From assembly GCA_035945215.1 (NCBI GenBank), contig DASZAJ010000007.1, positions 7,264 through 71,263 on the forward strand: a stretch of 64,000 nucleotides of DNA, given 5' to 3'. The stretch comes from Thermoplasmata archaeon (GTDB taxonomy: Archaea > Thermoplasmatota > Thermoplasmata > Lutacidiplasmatales > UBA184). The translations under genes were made by a program, and so were the position numbers. Of this stretch, positions 1-8,533 are shown one piece after another. Position 1 is the first letter of the stretch; every line of letters begins with the position of its first letter. The notes beneath the pieces were generated by a model. That model made no database searches, was not told where the DNA came from, and saw only the letters and a program-made list of their open reading frames with translations.

Positions 1-680
1 GCGATCGAGATCTCCTGCTGCTCGCGGAAGTAGACCCGATTCTTTTCCACAGCGAGTTCCTTGTACCGTTCGAAGAACGGCTCCCGATCCAGGTTCCTCC
101 AACCCAGCGGTGAAACCTCCGGCCAGAGGTCGTACGGGATCTTCGGTTGAGACTTCCTGTACTTCGCCCCCTTGTGAGCCCGGTGGACGCGGCCCCTTCC
201 GCGGGCCTCGATGAAAATGTAGTGAGGGGCCAGTCCGTTGACGACGATCGAGTCGAGCATGGCTATCTTCGGCACGCAGAGTAGGGTCGCGATGCCGTTC
301 TTCCGCACGATCGAGAGGGCGCCGATCAGGCCGCTGAGCTCGTCGTCGCGCGCGCCCCTTCTCGAGAGCAGACCGAGAACCGATTCGTCGTACAGGGCTG
401 CAGCACCAGGAGGTTTCGTCTCATAGACTCGGTAGAGCTCGGGAGCCGAGAAAATCACATTGTCAAGACCGAACTGAGGGTCGAGGCGACGAGCGATGTT
501 GATCGCGAGTGAGGATTTCCCGACCCCGGTCTCTCTTCCATCGATGATGATGGTTATGGGCTGGGCGCGACGGCGCCGAGCCTCCAGGTGGGCCACGAAC
601 CTCTCAAAGTTCGCCTTGAGGTCCGGCACCCGTTCCGGCGCTACCCCATAAAACCCAAGAGCGTGAGGCTCAGTCTTCAT
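1..680 (-). CDS. P-loop NTPase (Zot / viral-plasmid ATPase-like); start is inside the window and the gene runs off the window start
   Basis: Hand translation of the minus strand from ATG at 680 gives MKTEPHALGFYGVAPERVPDLKANFERFVAHLEARRRRAQPITIIIDGRETGVGKSSLAINIARRL...LYDESVLGL. It has a Walker A (GRETGVGKSS) and a Walker B-like hhhhDE (LYDES). It is missing from the ORF track because it exits the window. GC looks lower than the rest of the window. Confidence 0.6.
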   Translation of the reverse strand, partial: MKTEPHALGFYGVAPERVPDLKANFERFVAHLEARRRRAQPITIIIDGRETGVGKSSLAINIARRLDPQFGLDNVIFSAPELYRVYETKPPGAAALYDESVLGLLSRRGARDDELSGLIGALSIVRKNGIATLLCVPKIAMLDSIVVNGLAPHYIFIEARGRGRVHRAHKGAKYRKSQPKIPYDLWPEVSPLGWRNLDREPFFERYKELAVEKNRVYFREQQEISI

Positions 681-710
681 CACTAACCCGAAGGATTCGG
701 CGTGGAATAA

Positions 711-1829
711 CTACCATCCATCCCAGCTGGGCTCTGCGTCTACAGGTGCGGGGTTGACGCAACGAACTTGTGCTCTGCCCAGATCGGCTTGAATGAATTC
801 GCCTCCAATCCCCATGGTCTCGAGCAAGACTGCCCGCCACGAACTAGCGTCCGACCATGAACCATCGTCGGGAGGAGGCTCGCCGCCCAGCCAATGAAGC
901 TCCCAACACTGGTCGACCGCGAAATGCCGCTCACACTCGGGGCACCACTGGCCCTCCGGTTGCTTCCAGAAGCGCAAGAGGGGCTGGTTGTAGCCGAATG
1001 TCCCGAACCAAGTCAGTACCTCGGTCGAGCGTAGGTCGGCAGAAGGCGAGATACCCCCTACGGACCCCATATCGATCAGCCGATCCTGGACTCGGTGCTT
1101 AGGAGTCAGTCTCGTTGCGTGCGAGAGACAATAGGCCAAAGTGGCGCACAAGGAGCGCCGAAGACCTAAGTTTCGGATTATCCAGTTAGAGCGCTTCCAT
1201 CTCGCGGGCGGAACGATCCATCCGTCCCCTAGGAGATGGAAATGGGGTCCCTCTACGCACAAACCCTCCCCATGCCAGTTGACTCGCAGCCCGTGGTAGA
1301 TCGCGCAACCGCCTCTGAATCCCCACTCCTTGGAGATCTTGTAGGCGCGGCGACGCAGCTGATTGTAACCGCCTCGGGTTTCTGGGAGGTCCCAGAGCTC
1401 TGGCGGAGGAGCGACTACGACGTGAATCAGCCCGACGGGATACGCGGCCCCGTCGAAAATTGGCGCGGAGTCGAACAGTTCCCAGAGCCGCCCCCAGCGT
1501 TTTTGCTTCCCTAGGATCTCGGCGCCTGCCTGTAGCCGTTCTGCCGCGTCAGCTACTGCCCGCGAGAGCCATCCTACCCGCCAGTGAGTCGCACAGTCAA
1601 ACCGGTGACAATCGAGACGGGTCAGTTTGTAATGGATCTCTCTGAACACTCGGTTGCGAGCGTCGTGGGCGATCCGCCGATAAGCGGTCGTGCGGCCGCA
1701 CGACGTTCCGTGGCCTGGAAGCTCAGCCGGGCCAAGCTGGCCGGAATCATCGAACGAGACACCAGAACGTGGACCCGAGGGATCCGCTTGAGAAAACGGC
1801 CGGACTGCCTCGAGCGCAGCGGCGCTCAC
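711..1829 (-). CDS. Replication-initiator / HUH-endonuclease-like protein of a mobile element
   Basis: The 372-aa ORF contains a HUH-like motif (PHFHLLGDGW) preceded by a Y-x3-K motif (RRAYKISKEW), plus a C-terminal Cys pair (CPECERHF). It lies between the zinc-finger and ATPase genes, next to the tRNA 3' end. Confidence 0.5.
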   Translation of the reverse strand: MSAAALEAVRPFSQADPSGPRSGVSFDDSGQLGPAELPGHGTSCGRTTAYRRIAHDARNRVFREIHYKLTRLDCHRFDCATHWRVGWLSRAVADAAERLQAGAEILGKQKRWGRLWELFDSAPIFDGAAYPVGLIHVVVAPPPELWDLPETRGGYNQLRRRAYKISKEWGFRGGCAIYHGLRVNWHGEGLCVEGPHFHLLGDGWIVPPARWKRSNWIIRNLGLRRSLCATLAYCLSHATRLTPKHRVQDRLIDMGSVGGISPSADLRSTEVLTWFGTFGYNQPLLRFWKQPEGQWCPECERHFAVDQCWELHWLGGEPPPDDGSWSDASSWRAVLLETMGIGGEFIQADLGRAQVRCVNPAPVDAEPSWDGW

Positions 1830-2062
1830 TGGCCGACACGGACCCAGCCGGCAGGCGGAGGGACGAGGCGGGCGATTGCCTCGAGGACGCGAAGGTGGTG
1901 AGCGACCTCGATGTGACGAACCAGGCGATCAATTTGCCCGCAGGCAACGAGGAACCTGCACAGAGGGCATCGGATCTTATGGTCCTCATCCTCGAGGATG
2001 TGGATAGTCCTGCCCGAAAGTAGCGATGCGGCGGGATCCCGCCCGTCTGTCACGGGCGCCAC
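1826..2062 (-). CDS. small C2H2-type zinc-finger protein
   Basis: The 78-aa protein has C-x2-C ... H-x4-H (CPLC...HIEVAHH). Its stop overlaps the Rep-like start (ATGA-type overlap), which suggests translational coupling. Confidence 0.5.
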   Translation of the reverse strand: MAPVTDGRDPAASLLSGRTIHILEDEDHKIRCPLCRFLVACGQIDRLVRHIEVAHHLRVLEAIARLVPPPAGWVRVGQ

Positions 2063-2268
2063 CCCGAGCTGAGGCTCTGCCCGCTGGTGGGGCGCGGGGA
2101 AGCCCCCGGTCGCCCGGGGGCCGAATGGGTTGGATCCTTATCGGTGGAGGACCGAGAAGGAGGGCGTTCCGCGAGACGTAGCGCTAGGTCGAGGAACGGC
2201 GGGTCGACTACCGGGTCGAATGGCTCCGGCCCGGATTCGGTCGATTTCGGGCATTCCGGCTGACGAAC

Positions 2269-2343
2269 CGGGCGTGGGGGGATTTGAACCCCCGACCGCC
2301 GGGTTAGGAACCCGGTGCCCTATCCAGACTAGGCTACACGCCC
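2269..2343 (-). tRNA. tRNA-Arg (anticodon CCU)
   Basis: The reverse complement reads GGGCGTGTAGCCTAGTCTGGATAGGGCACCGGGTTCCTAACCCGGCGGTCGGGGGTTCAAATCCCCCCACGCCCG. It has a 7-bp acceptor stem, a GGGGG/CCCCC T-stem with a TTCAAAT loop, and an anticodon stem CCGGG/CCCGG with loop TTCCTAA, giving anticodon CCT. No CCA is encoded. Confidence 0.85.
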
Positions 2344-2458
2344 CGCGGGGACCCGGTGCTGCGATGTAATCTGGTTTGCGCCGAAGTGGGCGCGGGTCCC
2401 CCGTCGGACCGCAACGTTGGCGCCAATGCAGGCCGCGCCGAGGGCGGGGGTGGACCCA

Positions 2459-3517
2459 TCAACTGGGTCCGGCCCGTCGAGGGAGGAGGCGATCGTACCG
2501 ATGGTCCACCCGGATCGGAAGCGAAGGTGCCGGCTCTTGGATGAGCTCAATGCCCGAGATCGCGTCTTGGAGTATCGGCATGACCGCGCGACGCGGCCCC
2601 CCTTCAGGCAGCTCGGGGGGACGCGGCCGGCCGGAAGCCCCCATCGCGCCGATGAGGACTCGCTCCGGGCTGACGGTGTACAGAAACGGGAACACTCCGG
2701 AATCGCGGACCAAGGTCTGAAACAGCTCTTCGGGTCGGAACCCGGCCTTCGGGGTGCCGGATATGAAGACGTACTGGTCGGCGGCATTCCCCCGGTACGA
2801 CGACAGCCGGGATGGATCTAGGAAGACCCGGTGGGTGATCCAGCCCCGCGCCACCAAGCGCTGCTGGGAGAACGGCAGGCCGAGGGGCCCGACCAACCGG
2901 CCCCCATCGCCGGTCGTGACGAACGGTCGGCCCAACAGCTCGCCGGCCGCCCACCGAACGTGTTCCGTGAGAGGGACGGGTGGCGCGGGGACCGCGCCGG
3001 CGGCCCCGCCGCCCCCCAGGCCGCGAGGGTACGCCACGGTGCCCAGGGTGCCGGAAAGGTGGGCCCAGACGCCTTCGAAATCGAAGTAGACGGGCACGCT
3101 CGCCCTTCGGAGATCGGCGACCACGGCCCCGGCGGAGCCCGCCAGATCCCGCCACCCGTCCCCCGACGCCAGGGTCTTCGCCGCCTCCTCGGTCCGGTGG
3201 AGGAACGTCCCGAGGACCGCCGGCGCGCCGCCGAGGAGCATCACGTTTCCCGGGTGGGCCGTCCAGCGACGCAGGAGCTCGTCGACCCGTTCGGCGAACG
3301 GACGGGCGATCAGGAACGTGGCGAACGAAAATCCGAGGCAATCCGGCTCGGGAACGTAGCGGTCCCGCAACCAGCCTTCGTCGTAGGCCCGACGTCGCGC
3401 CGCATGGTACGTGGAGCGGGGAAGACCGCTTCGGGCCAGCCGCTCCCGCTCCGGGGCGGCCGCCGAACCCAGCAGGACCGCGATGGTCTTGGCCTCGGCA
3501 TCGGTGAGGGCCCTCAT
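2459..3517 (-). CDS. hypothetical protein with N-terminal HTH-like region
   Basis: The 352-aa ORF has protein-like composition and consistently high GC at third positions. The N-terminus (AEAKTIAVLLG...GLPRSTYHAARRRAYDEGWL) looks like an HTH. The overlapping 412-aa ORF in another frame is Arg-rich and looks like junk. Confidence 0.5.
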   Translation of the reverse strand: MRALTDAEAKTIAVLLGSAAAPERERLARSGLPRSTYHAARRRAYDEGWLRDRYVPEPDCLGFSFATFLIARPFAERVDELLRRWTAHPGNVMLLGGAPAVLGTFLHRTEEAAKTLASGDGWRDLAGSAGAVVADLRRASVPVYFDFEGVWAHLSGTLGTVAYPRGLGGGGAAGAVPAPPVPLTEHVRWAAGELLGRPFVTTGDGGRLVGPLGLPFSQQRLVARGWITHRVFLDPSRLSSYRGNAADQYVFISGTPKAGFRPEELFQTLVRDSGVFPFLYTVSPERVLIGAMGASGRPRPPELPEGGPRRAVMPILQDAISGIELIQEPAPSLPIRVDHRYDRLLPRRAGPS

Positions 3518-3584
3518 CTCGCGTTGGAACTCCCGGGACGGTGTAGCATGAGGTCCAGTGTCGGATTGCGAGCGATGAACATGG

Positions 3585-3594
3585 CCTTATAGAA
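3585..3594. promoter_or_regulatory. TATA-like element in the divergent intergenic region (ccttatagaa)
   Basis: It is the only AT-rich patch between the divergent genes 2459..3517(-) and 3610..5115(+). It sits about 20 nt upstream of the + gene start, which would fit a leaderless transcript. Confidence 0.3.
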
Positions 3595-3609
3595 CATGGT
3601 GAGCCTCCT

Positions 3610-5115
3610 GTGGGACGGAGGCAACACCAGGCTTCAGCGATGTTCGGGCGGGGACGGTCCCTCCTCGGAGGGCTGGTCGTAGGAATGTTCCTAGCGTACC
3701 TTCTCATCGCTCCGGGCGCGGTGGCAAGCGCCGCGCCGAACGCCGCCGCGAATGCCGGGCCCGCGGCGGGGACGACCCAATGGGCGTACGGCGGCGGGAG
3801 GTCCATCTCCGCGTCCGGGATCGCCGCGGGGGGAAACGCCACCTACAGTCTCTCCGCGACCTACGGTTGGAACACCGTCCTCTCCCAACAGAACGGATCC
3901 CATGGCTCGATCGAGGTCGAGGTCAATCGGACGGTGGGCGCGACCTTGACCGCCGAATACTGTCGGCCCAACTGCACCGCGGCCACCCGTTCGCTGAACA
4001 TCAGCGAGCGAGTGTGGGAGACCGTCGTAGCGTTCGCCAATTTCACTTCCAGCGCGACGGTCTACACCGCCGGCACCGCGGTCCCTGCGATCGGTCTCGA
4101 GAACTCGAGCATTCAGGAGAAGGCGAACCTCACGGAATCGGGGAATGCCGTGGTGAACACCCTCCACGGCAAAGTCACTGCCTCGGAGCAGTTGACCGTC
4201 GCATCGTCCGGCTCGGCGTCGGTCAGTTTCCAGCCGGCCCTCGGGTTGTTTCCCCTCGATCTGAGCCGGTCCCCGTGGAACTCGTCGGCCGCCTATTCGG
4301 CCACCGGTTCCTGGCTGGTGTCGACGTGGTTCGACTCGACCTCCTTCTTGGGGGTCCATCAGGCGGCGGCCCACCAATATCCGGGGGGTTTCGCGGGGAT
4401 CGGGGGCATCGTCACGCTGACCGGGTCCTCGTATGGCGCCGAGGAGTTGAACGGCGGGCTTCCCACGACCCAGGTCGGGATTGCGGTCACCGGACCGTTC
4501 ACCACGTGGGAAGGCTTCCTGCTGGTCCCGAACACCTCCGACCTGCTCGCGTCCAGCCAGGCACCCTGGTCCTCGAACTCGTGCGGGAGCCAGTTGGCGA
4601 GCACCCAGCTGATCGACCTCGACCACGGGCCCTCGTCCGGCCACTTCCCGGTCCGCGCCTCGGCCGCCCTCTACCAGCCCGGCGTTTCGGACACTGGGCC
4701 GGTCTCGCTGAACTCGAGGTTGACCACCGCGCTCGGAAGTTCCCCTCCGATCGGCAACGGCAGCGCGACCCCGACGGACGGCCCGGCCGCCTCGACGATC
4801 CAGGCCCAGCCCGAATCGGTGGCCACGGCCCAACAGAGTTCGCACTGCCTGATCGCGATCTGCGGGTCCGGTGCAGGCTCCTCGGTCCTCGGACGCGGCG
4901 TCTGGATCTTGGCCGGGGCCGCTGTCGCCGCCGTCTTGGTGGCGGCGCTCGTGATCGCCAAGCGACAGCCCCCCCGTCGGGATCCTCCATCCCGTAACGC
5001 CGCACTGTATCCGCCGGTCGGTCTTCGACCGCCCGCCCCGCTGCCGAAGGAAAATGGCAACGGCAAACCCATCGTCGGGCCAGACCCCACCGACCCGCTC
5101 GGCAACCTCTGGTAG
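3610..5115 (+). CDS. secreted surface glycoprotein (signal peptide, many N-x-S/T sequons, C-terminal TM anchor)
   Basis: The N-terminus carries a signal peptide (SLLGGLVVGMFLAYLLIAPGAVASA). The Ser/Thr/Asn/Gly-rich body has more than 15 NxS/T sequons. The C-terminal TM helix is WILAGAAVAAVLVAALVIA, followed by a Pro-rich tail. Confidence 0.7.
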   Translation: MGRRQHQASAMFGRGRSLLGGLVVGMFLAYLLIAPGAVASAAPNAAANAGPAAGTTQWAYGGGRSISASGIAAGGNATYSLSATYGWNTVLSQQNGSHGSIEVEVNRTVGATLTAEYCRPNCTAATRSLNISERVWETVVAFANFTSSATVYTAGTAVPAIGLENSSIQEKANLTESGNAVVNTLHGKVTASEQLTVASSGSASVSFQPALGLFPLDLSRSPWNSSAAYSATGSWLVSTWFDSTSFLGVHQAAAHQYPGGFAGIGGIVTLTGSSYGAEELNGGLPTTQVGIAVTGPFTTWEGFLLVPNTSDLLASSQAPWSSNSCGSQLASTQLIDLDHGPSSGHFPVRASAALYQPGVSDTGPVSLNSRLTTALGSSPPIGNGSATPTDGPAASTIQAQPESVATAQQSSHCLIAICGSGAGSSVLGRGVWILAGAAVAAVLVAALVIAKRQPPRRDPPSRNAALYPPVGLRPPAPLPKENGNGKPIVGPDPTDPLGNLW

Positions 5116-5158
5116 TCGCCGCCCGATCGGGACGGTTCCGGGCATCCCCGACCCGGAT

Positions 5159-5767
5159 TCAGAGGTAGATCATATCCGGATAACAGAACCAGCGGGCGTA
5201 CTGCGGTATCCAAGTCGTCGGGCGGCCGCAGCGGGGGCAGGCCGGAGTGCCCGGTGCCCCCGACGACCCCACGGGCGCGACGCCGGACCGAGCGACCGCG
5301 CTCCCGGACGGCCCCGCCGACAAGGGTGCGGTCGGGTTTCGTGAGGAATCGGGGCGGAACGGGACGGTCGGAGCGGCCATCTTCGCCTGGACTTGAAGAA
5401 GTCCGGCATATCGCCGGTACGCCAGGAACAACAGGACGCCGATGATTAGCCAGGAGAAGATGAACCCGAGGACCATCCAAGACCGGGTCCGCGCCTGGGC
5501 CGCGACGTACTGCCGCGCATCGACGAAGTCCTGGATCGGTCCGATCTCGATGAACAGGAGTAGATTGACGATCGACCCGACCAGGAGGAATCCCCCGAAC
5601 CAGGAGAATCCGAATCCCAGCAGCGCGAACACGACTGCGGCCAGGAATCCGACCAGCTCGAGGATCCCGATGACCAACGCGACGATCTTCGCCGCCGTGA
5701 GATACTCGCTAGCCGACAGGGACTCGGAAGGATCGGGCGGCCCCGTGGGAACGGGGGATCCCATCAT
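5159..5767 (-). CDS. membrane protein with C-terminal Cys-rich (zinc-ribbon-like) tail
   Basis: Starting at MMGSPVP, the protein has 3 predicted TM helices (IVALVIGILELVGFLAAVVFALLGF, GGFLLVGSIVNLLLF, WMVLGFIFSWLIIGVLLFLAY). The C-terminus reads CPRCGRPTTWIPQYARWFCYP. The upstream in-frame extension is Arg/Gly-rich and overlaps aRF1, so I exclude it. Confidence 0.5.
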   Translation of the reverse strand: MMGSPVPTGPPDPSESLSASEYLTAAKIVALVIGILELVGFLAAVVFALLGFGFSWFGGFLLVGSIVNLLLFIEIGPIQDFVDARQYVAAQARTRSWMVLGFIFSWLIIGVLLFLAYRRYAGLLQVQAKMAAPTVPFRPDSSRNPTAPLSAGPSGSAVARSGVAPVGSSGAPGTPACPRCGRPTTWIPQYARWFCYPDMIYL

Positions 5768-5901
5768 ACCGCTGCCGGGGGGATCGGAAGTTCGGGTCGC
5801 CCGTCCCACAGCCGGTCCACCTGGGCCGGGAAGCGCGCGGACCGAATATAACCGAATTCGCCATTGGGGGGTGGTTGGGGGCCCGCCGCCGATGGGTGGA
5901 C

Positions 5902-7167
5902 TCACCCCCTTCGACTGAGCGGGTAGCGAAGTATCGCCGCCACGCCGCCGAACGCCTTGGCGAGCATCTCCCCTTCTTCGCTCTCCGCCGAGACCATGCG
6001 GACCGCGGCGCCCGACCCGGTCGCCTGCCCATAGAGCTTCTCGACGTAGTCTTCGTTCGATGCCGTGCTCAGCGCGACCGCGTGGCAATTCGGACAGGGC
6101 TGTTCTCGCAGCGCATCGACCGCGTCATCGGTGACGATCCGGGTGAACCCCTGTCCGCAGTTCCCGCACGTCAGGCCCACGATGCGCCGCCGCAGCCCTT
6201 CCGACAAAAGGAGGGTCGCGACCGCCCCGGCTTCGAGCGATCGGGTCACGTCCCGCTCGCCATACGCCGCGAGGCCGCTCTCGGCCTTGCGGATCTCGAC
6301 GAGGAGCCGCTGGACGAGCTGTTTTTCCTCCGTCAGTTCGAGGCCGTGCAGCGTCTGGGTCGCCTTCTCGACGAGCTCCTTGAGCCCGTAATCGTCGGTG
6401 TACCCGACGTCGAAGAGGGGCTGGACCACCTTCTGCTGGAGTTCGTAATGCATGTAGGCCTCCTTGTAGAAGTACTCCTTCGTCGCCCCAGGCCCGCCGA
6501 TCAGGATCCCCTTCAGTTCCTCCTTCTTCGGGAGAAACAGCTCGTTGGCCATCTCCCCGCACTTGACGAAGAACTCGTGCGCCGCGTGCTCGATCATCCG
6601 CTCGAAGCGGTGGGCGGATTGCCCGCCGCGCCCGTGCTTGCTCGGCACCAGCGACTGGCGATTCCGAAGGACATCGATCCGCTTGCCCCGGAGGAAGCCG
6701 ATCGTGACCTCGGCGCGGTCCATGACGATAAGGCCCCAGATCTCGGGCTCGTGGACCATGGCGAGCAGCGGGTCGAGGAAGAAGGTCGAATCGCACCGGT
6801 ACAGGTACGTGTTGAGCGGTTCCGGCGGTTCCACGATGAAGGTGACCGACTCGGATTTGTCGGCGCCGACGGCTTTGCTCCCGACGAAGAACGCGACGCC
6901 GGTCGGGGGAGGTTCCTTGAACGCGCGTACCCGCCCCATCAGCGATTCGATCGCCCACATCACGTTCTTGCGGGTCGTCCGGCTCTTGATGTTCGAGCTC
7001 TGCGCGTATTCGTTCCGAAGGTACGACATCGCGTCGGAGATCTGCTTGCCCGGCGGGACGTACAGGGAGATGAGCTCGGTCGCCCGACCCTTCGCGGCGG
7101 CGATCTCCTCGAGCTTACGGCGGAACGAGTACCGTGCGAGCTGCGGGTCGGAGGGGGCGGCGCTCAC
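5902..7167 (-). CDS. prf1: peptide chain release factor aRF1
   Basis: 421 aa. The N-terminus (YSFRRKLEEIAAAKGRATELISLYVPPGKQISD), the NIKS motif (QSSNIKSRTT) and the GGQ motif (HGRGGQSAHRF) match aRF1/eRF1. Confidence 0.9.
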   Translation of the reverse strand: MSAAPSDPQLARYSFRRKLEEIAAAKGRATELISLYVPPGKQISDAMSYLRNEYAQSSNIKSRTTRKNVMWAIESLMGRVRAFKEPPPTGVAFFVGSKAVGADKSESVTFIVEPPEPLNTYLYRCDSTFFLDPLLAMVHEPEIWGLIVMDRAEVTIGFLRGKRIDVLRNRQSLVPSKHGRGGQSAHRFERMIEHAAHEFFVKCGEMANELFLPKKEELKGILIGGPGATKEYFYKEAYMHYELQQKVVQPLFDVGYTDDYGLKELVEKATQTLHGLELTEEKQLVQRLLVEIRKAESGLAAYGERDVTRSLEAGAVATLLLSEGLRRRIVGLTCGNCGQGFTRIVTDDAVDALREQPCPNCHAVALSTASNEDYVEKLYGQATGSGAAVRMVSAESEEGEMLAKAFGGVAAILRYPLSRRG

Positions 7168-7214
7168 AACGAGTCTCGCCGATCGCCCTGGTCAGGACGG
7201 GGGGGTCGGGGCGA

Positions 7215-7235
7215 GGGTCTCCCGAGGCGAGACCC
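7215..7235. other. perfect 7-bp hairpin (GGGTCTC-ccgaggc-GAGACCC) between trx and prf1
   Basis: It is an inverted repeat seen directly. It lies downstream of the thioredoxin gene and upstream of prf1 on the minus strand, so it is a possible terminator or RNA structure. Confidence 0.3.
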
Positions 7236-7253
7236 GTTCCCCGGGCGATACAG

Positions 7254-7568
7254 TCAGAGCAGCTTGCGAACGTGCTCGTCGATGACCTCTTCCGGATAGG
7301 CCCCGACGATGCGATCGACGAGCTTTCCTTCTTTGTAAAAGAGCAAGGTGGGGATGCTCATGATCCCCAATTGTCCGGCCTTTTCCCCGTGGTCGTCACT
7401 GTTGAGCTTGCCGAAGCTCACCTTGCCATGGTACCGTTCGGAGAGCCGCTCGACGATCGGAGAGACCATGCGGCAGGGGCCGCACCAAGGGGCCCAAACG
7501 TCGACCACCGCTGCGGGGCTCTTGGAGAGTCGGTCGAACCCGGCCCCGTCCAACTCCTCTACACCCAT
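7254..7568 (-). CDS. trxA: thioredoxin
   Basis: 104 aa with a WCGPC active site (VVDVWAPWCGPCRMVSP) and a thioredoxin-fold layout. Confidence 0.9.
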   Translation of the reverse strand: MGVEELDGAGFDRLSKSPAAVVDVWAPWCGPCRMVSPIVERLSERYHGKVSFGKLNSDDHGEKAGQLGIMSIPTLLFYKEGKLVDRIVGAYPEEVIDEHVRKLL

Positions 7569-7708
7569 TTTGCGCCCTCGGTACGCTTCGAAGTTTTCGC
7601 CGGTATTAAACGGTCGCGGGCGACGGAGCCGTCGATTCTCCGGATCGCACGGTTCCGGGCCGCGCGCGCGAGAGTCGGGTATTTCTAATCCGACGCCCTA
7701 CCCCGGAC

Positions 7709-8533
7709 GTGGCGCGTTCTTCTGATTTGATGGTCCCACCTGACACCGCCCCGCTTACCCTGCCCGCCGGATCCTCGGTGCCCTCGGCCTCCCGTCCGGG
7801 CCGGACCCCGAACTTGGTCACCCCGGCCGTACGACGGGCGATCCTGCACCGGATGCTGATGTTCCGGCAAGCCTCCCTCGACCGGGTCGCGGCGATGACG
7901 GGAGCCTCGCCAGAGGCGCTGCGAGGCTTCCGTCAGGAGCTCTCGCATAGCGACCTTCCGGAGCGGCTCCTGCAACGGGGCGCGGGTCTCGCGTTCACGC
8001 GAGAGCTCCCGCAGGCGGGACTACTATACCTGCTCCTCCGCACGTTGCGCCCCCGTCGGATCGTCGAGACCGGTGTCCGGCCCGGATACTCGACGGCTTG
8101 GATGCTGGCGGCGCTCGAGCAGAACCGTCAGGGCGAGCTCTTTTCGATCGGTCCGGGCACCGTGGCCGGTCGGGCGGCAGGCGTGCCCATGGGTAGCGTA
8201 GGGGAGCTGGTCCCACCGCCGCTGCGGGCGCGTTGGACCCTGGTCCTCGGGAACTCGCAAGACCGGCTCGAAGAGGTGCTCGCCAAGGCCGGTCCCATCG
8301 ACCTGTTCTTCTCGGACAACGGACCCGACCTCGACCGCGCGCAGTGGGAGCTTCGTCGGGCTTGGAGTGCGATGGCCCCCGGCGGGGTCGTGGTGGCCCA
8401 TCACGTGGACGCGAATCCGGCGTGGGCCGAGTTCTGCCGCTGGCAGGGGTTGCCCACCCAGGTCCTCGATCCCGGCCCGCCCCCGATGGGGGCGCTGTCG
8501 GTCCGGACCGACCCTCGATCGCGATCGATCTAA
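7709..8533 (+). CDS. class I SAM-dependent (O-)methyltransferase
   Basis: It has the motifs IVETGVRPGYSTAWML, LVLGNSQDRL and DLFFSDNGPD. The true start may be downstream, at the internal MLMFRQ. Confidence 0.6.
   Translation: MARSSDLMVPPDTAPLTLPAGSSVPSASRPGRTPNLVTPAVRRAILHRMLMFRQASLDRVAAMTGASPEALRGFRQELSHSDLPERLLQRGAGLAFTRELPQAGLLYLLLRTLRPRRIVETGVRPGYSTAWMLAALEQNRQGELFSIGPGTVAGRAAGVPMGSVGELVPPPLRARWTLVLGNSQDRLEEVLAKAGPIDLFFSDNGPDLDRAQWELRRAWSAMAPGGVVVAHHVDANPAWAEFCRWQGLPTQVLDPGPPPMGALSVRTDPRSRSI

Noticed and set aside
2604-3842. 412-aa minus-strand ORF, and the 253-aa and 175-aa plus ORFs overlapping 2459..3517
   Set aside because: They are extremely Arg/Pro/Gly-rich low-complexity translations typical of off-frame reading of GC-rich coding DNA. 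The 352-aa frame reads like a real protein.
3691-5145. 484-aa and 405-aa ORFs antisense or off-frame to the surface glycoprotein gene
   Set aside because: They are Arg/Gly/Asp-rich junk. The + frame has a signal peptide, sequons and a TM anchor.
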